Source of the DNA: Paraspadella gotoi
Lineage: Eukaryota; Animalia; Chaetognatha
Direction of reading: 5' to 3'
Assembly: GCA_051294375.1 (NCBI GenBank)
Contig: CM119269.1
Location: 9,608,782-9,672,781 of the forward strand
DNA: 64,000 nt
In this document: positions 26,267 to 64,000 of the stretch, piece by piece
Layout: each line of letters starts with the position of its first letter
Numbering within the stretch: position 1 is the stretch's first letter
Made by a program: the position numbers and the translations under genes
Notes under the pieces: model-generated
Seen by the model: only the letters and a program-made list of their open reading frames with translations
Database searches by the model: none
Told to the model about the DNA's origin: nothing

Positions 26267-27484
26267 CAGGGGTGGGACCATATATCTAGACAAAATCTTA
26301 AAAAATCATTGCTCTAAAACTTAATGATTTTTAAAAATCTAAACAAATATTCAAATAATACTCTTCGCTTTTAGACTATGTATTAATTGTTGTGAAATTC
26401 TTTGATATAATGCTTATTTTGATGCCGCAAAAGGCAATTGCTCTGCTTTCTCCGCGCGGTTTGGAACAAAAATGTTTGAATACTTATTGTTAATTTCATT
26501 CTAAGATATAATAAAATATCATAAACGTTGAGCCTGGGGATGGAGCACGCGGCAACGCGGTGTAGGGAGGGAGGGAGAAAGGAGAAGACCCGCCCGAACG
26601 ATCTGCAGTGCCTGCAATGCCGAGGGCGGGAGAACGGCAGGAGAGTGGCAGGAGAGCGGCAGGAGAAAGACGGCGAAGCTGCAGGAGGAGAGAGAGACAA
26701 AGGATCGAGGAACTGACCCATGACTTACCCATGAACTCACCGGACCAATAAGAACCGGAGTAAAGGTCGGGGGAACAAGAGAATTTGAGAATGAGAATTC
26801 GGTTTGACTTTGTGTAGAAGACTTAGCGTGTTTCTAGCTTCACTCTCGTTCTCATCGTTTCTGGATCCACGTCTCGCTCTCAGAGATTTTTTTGTGAAAA
26901 ATAGAATTCTTAAATTTGACCACATTTGACTTCACGTTATTGATATTTATTTGTAGTATAATAATGCTTCTGGCAAGGTGTACATTGCATTTCGTTTAAA
27001 AAAATTGTGAAGTAAGCAATGTAAGGTTCGGGTAAGTTACTGTTATGGTTTAATTTTTATTAATACTTATTTTTATCAAATATTTATTAACGATAATGTC
27101 AGATAAATAAATTAATCATGTAAAATTTCTGAATGCATAATAAAAGGGTTAAAACGGTAAGATATACATAAGTATTTGACAATTTAAGTATATTATTTAA
27201 AAATTTCCGTAAATTTTTTTTCACTTAGCTTTAAAAAATTAAATAGGTTTAATTTGGATAGTTATGAACAGCTTAAAATCAGGTAAATTGAAGAAAATAT
27301 TAAAAAGTATGCCTTTCATCTAATGAATAAAAAAGAGTAGTTGCTTAAAAACTCATTTTGTTTCATTATATATGAAAGTGAAAAGCCATAAAAAAGTCTT
27401 TACACTAACATTTTATGATTGTACCTCAAACGTTCAGACAGGGCAGGACGTTAAGTTTTGTCCATATATATAATCCCACCTCTG
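26267..27484. mobile_element. Non-autonomous Tc1/mariner-type DNA transposon (~1.2 kb)
   Basis: Left end TA|CAGGGGTGGGACCATATATCTAGACAAAATCTTAA; right end reverse complement TA|CAGAGGTGGGATTATATATATGGACAAAACTTAA. TA flanks, no transposase ORF. Copies at 31626-32834 and 53285-54450. Confidence 0.72.
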
Positions 27485-29011
27485 TAAATTGACTAATTTT
27501 GGCACGCACAAACAAGATTCAAGTCGATGCATTGTAGAATTTGAGAAGATATTTTAGAAATTAATTGTATATGTAACAAAGAAAGGTATTCTAATAATAT
27601 TTTACTCTTATAATTTGTTGGTTTTAGTAAAATAAAGAACTAACTAAACTTGTCTGCATATTTTAATCAGCTTTTTAGTTTCGAGCGGACACTGCATTGA
27701 GCGCGGAATTTTACCCAATAAAAAGTGAGGGATTGTCATTTCAATTTAAAATGCCTGGGAGAAAGCAATACCTATGCTCTTTTTTTTGTCACTCGATTCA
27801 AAATTCGTTTAGCGCGCGTTTTCGAATCAAATCTTGACGGGGGCGTCGACGTCGCTTCCGTCGGCAACGATCGTTTCCCCGGCGAAGGAAGACTCCACTA
27901 CGACTTCACTGAAGCTGAAATTTATAAATTAGTTGACGAATTAAATTTACTTATTCGATTTAATTATTAAATATTAAATGAATTGAATAAATTATCTCTC
28001 TCTCTCCTTCCTGATTCCAGCCTCCTTCGTGAGGGCCACTCTTCTATCGACAATTTCAGAAATGCTTGTCTTTTTCGGTCATATGACCTGAAGTGACCGA
28101 GAGGAGATAGGTTCACCGTGCCTCTCTATGTGCATCACCTCTATACTGTCCTTAGTTAATCATTAATTATTAATGTTAATGTGCCGATAAACTATAATTA
28201 CCTTTACATCAGCTTCTTAATTAACTTAATGACCCCAATTTGGGTCTAGCATGGAGCAGGTAAATCTCCCTCCTTTTCGTTTTACCAACTTTTATTCTAA
28301 CTGACAAACTGTGAACAAATAAACTAAAAAAAGTATAGGAGCACCGTTTTGTCTTGACAGTTTTCGTGGAAAAAAAACAGAACTTGTTCTAAATTTTCGT
28401 AACAAGGAAGTTCCGTTACAAGGAGATGTCAACCTCAAAAACTATGAATAAGGAATGAGATCCAAAAAGTTTTTTTTTTTTCGCCGCGAGTACTCGCGGG
28501 GGCAACTCGATAAACCTCTTTTCGGGCGGTTCGTCGGTCGGTCTTATTGTATGTTTCTCCCTCTGTCCATCGCTTTGTCCCACCTAACATTAAAAAGGCT
28601 CATAACTCATAAATTAATACTCATCGACTAAGTTCATACTTGGGAGGAAAGTAAGATACCACATGTGATCACATGACCTATATTTCAATTAATTTTTATT
28701 GTGAATATGTTTAATTTTGTCAGAACAATTTTACTATTTTGCATATATTTTGGTGTTGTAGTTGAAACTTTACAAATAAGTCTTGAAAAGTCAAGAGATC
28801 ACTCGGCAATACACGTTAAATACACGTTAAATACACGTTAAAGGAAAGTCACCTCGGCGCAACACATTAAAAGGACCTTTCTTGTTTTCTCGATTTTCTT
28901 TTTACTTCTCCTCTCTCCATGGTGATCTATGGTGCCTCGCGCCATTTTTTTCTCGTGAAAGAGTCGAAGTCTTACAAGCAACCCCANNNNNNNNNNNNNN
29001 NNNNNNNNNNN

Positions 29012-29248
29012 GCCATCGAGATGCTCAAACAACAAGCGGAAAACGCCAGGCAGAATCATAAGATCCATGAGTTGGGTCAGGTCGGGGCGGGATCTCCCGC
29101 CGCCCCTCCCGGGCCCCATCCGCCCTCTTCTCGGGCTTTCGAAGGCCACCCGTCTTCGTCCATCATGAGAGGGTCACCGTCGGGGCTGCCCCCGGGCCAT
29201 CCGGGCTACGCCCTTCCTCCTGGATATCCGACTTCTATTATCCCGTGA
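29012..29248 (+). other. Duplicate copy of the last 237 nt of the ZNF608-like CDS
   Basis: Identical to 23670-23906 ([21 protein letters not shown]...PTSIIP*) and starts immediately after an N-gap. Confidence 0.9.
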
Positions 29249-32200
29249 AACTACAATCGGTGAATTATCAAAAAGGAAAAAAAAAAAAAAAAAAAACTCG
29301 CTGGATTCGATCGCGAAACCTTTTGATATTCGGGTCCGCTTTATTTTGAAAATATTCTACGACGAAAAGTATAATCATTTTTCGCAAACAAGCTCTTTTA
29401 TTTTTTTTTTTCGTCAATTGTGCGTTAATCATTGTTTGGTGATCTTTTTGGTCTAATATCGTATAAACAAACAACGAATACCGTTAATCCTACGATTATA
29501 TTGTATTTTAATTTAGGTATCAAATTAATTTCCCAACCCCCTTTTCCTTTCAAAACCCGCGACCCTCTGTTCTCTTTTTTCCCCCATTACGATACGATCA
29601 ATTACAATGTAAATCTGTGATATGTTACTGAGTCATTGTAATTGCCGGTTAACATTCTTAAATTCCCCGTCTTTTTTCGTTGAAACCTGGTGTAAATAAA
29701 ATTTTCTCGAACATTCAAGGTTTTTGACTCTGCAAAGTTTTTCTGTTTTAGATTAAAAAAAAAAAAAAAATTGGCTCTGATTATAGAGTAGCTTATGTTT
29801 CTTGTCATGTTGTTTTGAAAAAGAAAAATCAATGATTCCTGGATGTTTTTATCTGCTTTTTGTTAAGATTTCAAGTTTAGTCAGTTCTTCTAAACCGAGT
29901 GAAAATCTTCGTGTAGATAGTCCCATTTGAAATATGTATATTATATAACGTGGGTGAATTTGCTTTTTTCCCCCCAATTAAAGAAAGAAGTTCGTTTTTA
30001 AAAACTTTATAAGTATTATCATTTAATTAAGAATAATCATAAGTTCGTTATTTTATTCATTCGGCGATTTAACGCTGAATATCAAATTTCGACTTATCCT
30101 TCCTCCCCAAAACTCTTTTTACGATTAAGGAAAGCAAAATAGTTTTCTAATTTCTTAATTTTGATATCAAAACCTATGGCTCAGAATTTGGGTGATTAAT
30201 TTTCAACCCCTCCAAAGGGTTGTGTTAATTGCCCTTAGCCAATCAAATGATAGTCTTGAAAAAGAAGATATAGTGACATGGACGAAACGACGTAATAAGA
30301 ATAGGCACATTAATAGCCTTCACAATTAGTAAATAGTAAGGTTATTAAGCTTTGTAATTTTTTTTACTCCAAAATTAATACGAAAACGTCCAGTAGAGTG
30401 ATGTGGTATAAATCTACTTAAAATAATGAAATTTCAACTATCCTCCTTCCGATGGTGCCACGACACTTACTATGCAAAAAAAATAACCAACTTGGCGTTC
30501 TATTTTACAGATTTAAAAATTGTTCATGAAATTTTATTATGTGAAAATCCTTTCTTTTCGTGTTTATGAGTAGAAGAAAATCAAAGTTTTTGAATTCTGC
30601 AACAAATTTGTAAAAAAAAAATCGTTGTACAATTCAAAAACTTTGATTTTCTCTTAATGAATTTTATGGAAATCTCAGTCTGAGGGTCAGTCCTACGACT
30701 AAGCCTATTGACATCTGCAAACGACTCATTTCATACGATTCTAGGCGTCATGTTCAACGGCGTTCAAAAATAAATAAATAAATAAAAACTTCGCCGAAGG
30801 TTAAGGGTGGTTTAGGGTTAAGAGGGTAGGGTAATTAAGTAATCATTTTTTAAAATTAAAAAAAACTAATTAAATGGTTTTTCAAAAAACGACAAATCCC
30901 AGTCGCCGAAAGTAAAATTATCCTTTTATGTGGACTAAAATCCACCAACCATTAGGTATTTGTCCTTTTGTTTAAGCCATGCTTCTGATCATAAATTAGA
31001 ACAAGTAATCGCTCCTGCGGAAAATCTGCATAACAGTTAATTTAATTAAATTGAAACAAATGGTAAACAGCTCATTGCTATTTATTGCTCAGACTAATTA
31101 AACCGGATAGATGTCTTTAATTATAAAACTAAATTTATTACGGTTTCGTTTTTCTTTTTCTTAGTATTTTTTAACATCGAAATAAACTAAGACCTAGGTT
31201 TACCGTTAGGTGAAAAACTTTATTCACATATTAATAGACTCTAAAATATTCAAAAATCACTGTACATTATGTATCCTTGAATTAAATGATATCACGGGTA
31301 TACTTTAAGAAAAGAATAATAAACCTCAAGATACATGAAATGTAAATCTATATAAATTATGCTTTATTTGTATTTGCATTTAACGGTTCCGACTAAGTTT
31401 CATGTAAGGTAAGGTTTCAATAAAGAAAATAACATAGTTTTGTTCAAATAAATGAGGACTTTAAAAAGTGGTAAGAACATTTAACAATCACCCGGACAAC
31501 GATGTATTTTTAGTGAAGGGAAATAGTGGATTAATTTAACAGTAAACGATGGTTGGTAAACTGTTGTAGTCAAGGTTGTTTCTAGTTAAACCTAAATGAA
31601 CTGTATAAAAATAATGATAAGTATACAGGGGTGGGACCATATATCTAGACAAAATCTTAAAAATCATTGCTCTAAAACTTAATGATTTTTAAAAATCTAA
31701 ACAAATATTCAAATAATACTCTTCGCTTTTAGACTATGTATTAATTGTTGTGAAATTCTTTGATATAATGCTTATTTTGATGCCGCAAAAGGCAATTGCT
31801 CTGCTTTCTCCGCGCGGTTTGGAACAAAAATGTTTTGAATACTTATTGTTAATTTCATTCTAAGATATAATAAAATATCATAAACGTTGAGCCTGGGGAT
31901 GGAGCACGCGGCAACGCGGTGTAGGGAGGGAGGGAGAAAGGAGAAGACCCGCCCGAACGATCTGCAGTGCCTGCAATGCCGAGGGCGGAGAACGGCAGGA
32001 GAGGGCAGGAGAGCGGCAGGAGAAGACGGCGAAGCTGCAGGAGGAGAGAGAGACAAAGGATCGAGGAACTGACCCATGACTTACCCATGAACTCACCGGA
32101 CCAATAAGAACCGGAGTAAAGGTCGGGGAACAAGAGAATTTGAGAATGAGAATTCGGTTTGACTTTGTGTAGAAGACTTAGCGTGTTTCTAGCTTCACTC

Positions 32201-33176
32201 TCGTTCTCATCGTTTCTGGATCACTCTCGCTCTCAGAGATTTTTTTGTGAAAAATAGAATTCTTAAATTTGACCACATTTGACTTCACGTTATTGATATT
32301 TATTTGTAGTATAATAATGCTTCTGGCAAGGTGTACATTGCATTTCGTTTAAAAAAATTGTGAAGTAAGCAATGTAAGGTTCGGGTAAGTTACTGTTATG
32401 GTTTAATTTTTATTAATACTTATTTTTATCAAATATTTATTAACGATAATGTCAGATAAATAAATTAATCATGTAAAATTTCTGAATGCATAATAAAAGG
32501 GTTAAAACGGTAAGATATACATAAGTATTTGACAATTTAAGTATATTATTTAAAAATTTCCGTAAATTTTTTTCACTTAGCTTTAAAAAATTAAATAGGT
32601 TTAATTTGGATAGTTATGAACAGCTTAAAATCAGGTAAATTGAAGAAAATATTAAAAAGTATGCCTTTCATCTAATGAATAAAAAAGAATAGTTGCTTAA
32701 AAATCATTTTGTTTCATTTATATGAAAGTGAAAAGCCATAAAAAAGTCTTTACACTAACATTTTATGATTGTACCTCAAACGTTCAGACAGGGCAGGACG
32801 TTAAGTTTTGTCCATATATATAATCCCACCTCTGTAAATTGACTAATTTTGGCACAAACAAGATTCAAGTCGATGCATTGTAGAATTTGAGAAGATATTT
32901 TAGAAATTAATTGTATATGTAACAAAGAAAGGTATTCTAATAATATTTTACTCTTATAATTTGTTGGGTTTTAGTAAAATAAAGAACTAACTAAACTTGT
33001 CTGCATATTTTAATCAGCTTTTTAGTTTCGAGCGGACACCTGCATTGAGCGCGGAATTTTACCCAATAAAAAGTGAGGGATTGTCATTTCAATTTAAAAT
33101 GCCTGGGAGAAAGCAATACCTATGCTCTTTTTTTTTGTCACTCGATTCAAAATTCGTTTTAGCGCGCGTTTTCGAA

Positions 33177-61216
<28,040 letters not shown>

Positions 61217-61559
61217 CTGCGGGGGTGGGGTGGAGAGGGTAAGGGGTCCGAGGAAAGGAAGAAAAGATTTTTTAAAAAAACGCCATCAACTATTTTTTGG
61301 AAAACGTTCTTAATTTTTTTGGCGAATTTATAAGCTATTTCTTAACCCTCATCCTTAACCTATTCCCCAAACTAATTTTATCTCTTAACTTAAAAAAAGT
61401 CTATATTTAGGTTAAATTGTTCAGTTTTTTGTAAAGATGACCCAAGTTTTATAAATATATAATAGTGAACTTAACACGTAAAATTTCAGAATTCGCTTAA
61501 TCTCACAAAGTTAGAGACAAGAATGAGAGTTCGGTTGAGTAGGAGAGAGGGAACAAAAG

Positions 61560-61697
61560 GTGAGTAAGACGTCGGCAGAGGGTAAGGGAAGTCTGCTGAA
61601 CGATCTACGGACAAGGTTGGGCTCTCAGGCGGAACCGTCAGGATTTGAACTCGCAACCTCTTCCACCGTTGAGTGAGTATCTCATGAGCTTGGGCAA
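61560..61697 (-). mobile_element. Possible tRNA-derived SINE fragment
   Basis: Minus-strand gaggttgcgagttcaaatcctg resembles a Pol III B box/T-arm. There is no full cloverleaf and the A box is unclear. Confidence 0.35.
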
Positions 61698-62607
61698 TCT
61701 CTCTCTCTCTCTCTCNNNNNNNNNNAATGTGAGCCTCTCTGCATCTCTCTCTCTGTCTGTCTCGTCTTCTGGACAGGATTTCAAAACATGTTTAGAACTC
61801 ATTTCACGTTCGACTTTGATTCCTCGAGTTTCAAAGCGAAACGTGAGCATGAGAGGCAACGAAAGAAAAAAGAAAAAAAGGAAAAGAAAATGAAAAAACA
61901 GGAAAAGAAACAGAAAAAGAAGAAAAATATTAAGAGAAATATAGTAAATATGGAAAAAAAAAAGAATACAAAAGGAAAACAAGAGAATTAAAGCAGACAC
62001 TACGTAAGAACAAAGAAAGGAGGAGAAAAATGACACTAAAAAAAGAAATGATATCGGAAAATAAAATTTTAAAAAAGTAAAGAAGCCTGATAGAACAAAC
62101 AAAAAAAGGGAAAAAAAGGAATAATATAAACAAGGAAAAGAGAAAAAAAAATAGTGGAAATCGTTCGAGTCGATGAAGAAAAGATATCAAGTAAAAAATA
62201 TAGAGGAAAAACGGAACTAAACAGAAATTATTGAAAAATGATAACGAATGAGTGAATTTATGAGCACAACGACCTCTGGTTGTTTAAAAAAAATAGAGGA
62301 CAACTAAGAAGAGAAAAAATAGAAAAATAAGCACAAAAACAGAAAAAAAAACTAAAGTTAAACTATAACTTGAATTCAAACAAAGTGAAAATAAATTAAT
62401 TTAAAAAGTAATAAAATTATAAATGAGAGAAAGTCGGATAAGAAAATTGAAACAAAACTTAAAAAATAAAATAAATAAATAAAAACAAAACAGAATTGAG
62501 ATAAAAAAAAGAAACATCAAAATCTCATCGTCTTTCCAAAAGTCGGAAATAATCGTGAGGAATTGAGTCTGAGATTTGGAAAAGTGCGAGGGAAGAGGAA
62601 ATATGTG

Positions 62608-62649
<42 letters not shown>

Positions 62650-62733
62650 GATAAATTTTCCCCATCGTCTTTTCCAGATTCTCTTTTTCTTTATGAAATA
62701 AATCCTCTTCAATCTTTTTATTCACATCTTCCT

Positions 62734-63020
62734 ATCATCTCTCTCTGTCGTCTCTATCTCTATCATCTCTATCTCTTATCATCTCTCTCTGTCGTTTTCT
62801 CTATCTCTATCTCTATCATCTATCTCTTTCTATTCATCTTCTATCTCTGTCGTCTCTATCTCTATCATCTCTATCTTCTTATATTCTCTCTGTCGTCTCT
62901 ATCTCTATCATCTCTATCTTCCTATCATCTCTCTCTGTCGGCTCTATCTCTATCATCTCTATCTTTCTATCATCTCTCTCTGTCGTCTCTATCTCTATTA
63001 TCTCTATCTTCATATCATCT
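62734..63020 (+). repeat. ~45-bp pyrimidine-rich minisatellite, ~6 units
   Basis: Unit ~ atcatctctctctgtcgtctctatctctatcatctctatctt(c)ct. Confidence 0.8.
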
Positions 63021-63275
63021 CACCACATTTTTATTCTCAGTTCTTCCCACACTTTGACCCGCTGACCGCAGCTCTCCTTTTCTTCTTCTTCTTCCTCTTC
63101 CTCCTCGTCCTCCTCCTCTTCTCTCTTCGTGTTTTTTATTAGTTCACTGACCCTAAATATAACTTTTTTTTAAAAAAACCCTAAAACGCATTCAATATCG
63201 TTTTATTCGAATTATGCTTTTTTTAGGCTAAAAGCCCCTCATTAGAGTTGAAGCATTCATGAGAGAGAGATATAT

Positions 63276-63391
<116 letters not shown>

Positions 63392-63958
63392 AAAATTTAA
63401 ACTCAATTAACGAAATTTTTTTAAAAAATTAGTGCTTCAAAAATTGAACAGGAAATAATTTCGAAAATCGAAATTATTTCCTGTTCAATTCTTCAAAATC
63501 TTTTTTTATTAATCATTAATTAATTAATTTCTTAATTTTAAAGACAAAGGGTCAAATTATGGAATCCCGAGTTAAAAAAGTCATTCAAAATGAAATTCAA
63601 ACTGGCGACAGAAAAAGGAAAATTAAGCGAATTCACCGAATATTCACCATGAAAATCACTTCGTCGAGTGATCACTCAATTTTTTCGCTCTATCACACCC
63701 ACGCCCTATCACGGTATCACCACAGCATTCTATCACAATATTACCATTTCATTCAATCACTCTTCCCATACGTCATCTAATCCCCTCCTCCATCCCTTCC
63801 TCACCCCATCACCCAATCACTCCATCACCCCATCACCCCGTCAACCTTCTCCGACCCAAAGGAAAACCAATGAAAACCGAAGGCGATAAAATAGAAACGA
63901 AATCCGAAAACTCAGGGATTCATGAGTTAATAAAAGACTGAATAGAAGGAAATGTTGG

Positions 63959-64000
<42 letters not shown>

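Overview
This is a draft-quality animal (metazoan) genomic window, not a prokaryotic one. It has AT-rich GT-AG introns, CpG-rich exons, many (AG)n tracts, eight N-gaps and stretches of indel-rich, long-read-like sequence. Manual splicing gives four genes. (1) An MFS, SLC16/MCT-like transporter (+, about 4.8-8.5 kb, noisy). (2) TCP1/CCT-alpha (+, 9191-12480), with one internal block out of order. (3) A clean 6-exon ZNF608/ZNF609/scribbler-like gene (+, 16460-23906). (4) The 3' half of a metabotropic glutamate receptor gene (-, six exons between about 33.2 and 61.2 kb), mostly missed by the ORF track. About 22 kb of 23.7-59.6 kb is redundant: allelic-looking duplications plus a fold-back palindrome centred near 45.55 kb, with a 10-kb right arm. 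Comparing the copies exposes presence/absence insertions: a fold-back MITE with a TSD, a Penelope-like fragment with a minimal hammerhead-ribozyme motif, and a 5'-truncated retro-tail. Two Tc1/mariner-type non-autonomous elements are also present. I see no convincing novel multi-gene system. The largest oddities are most likely assembly or amplification artefacts. The most promising biology is the hammerhead/PLE insertion, the MITEs and the structure of the fold-back centre.
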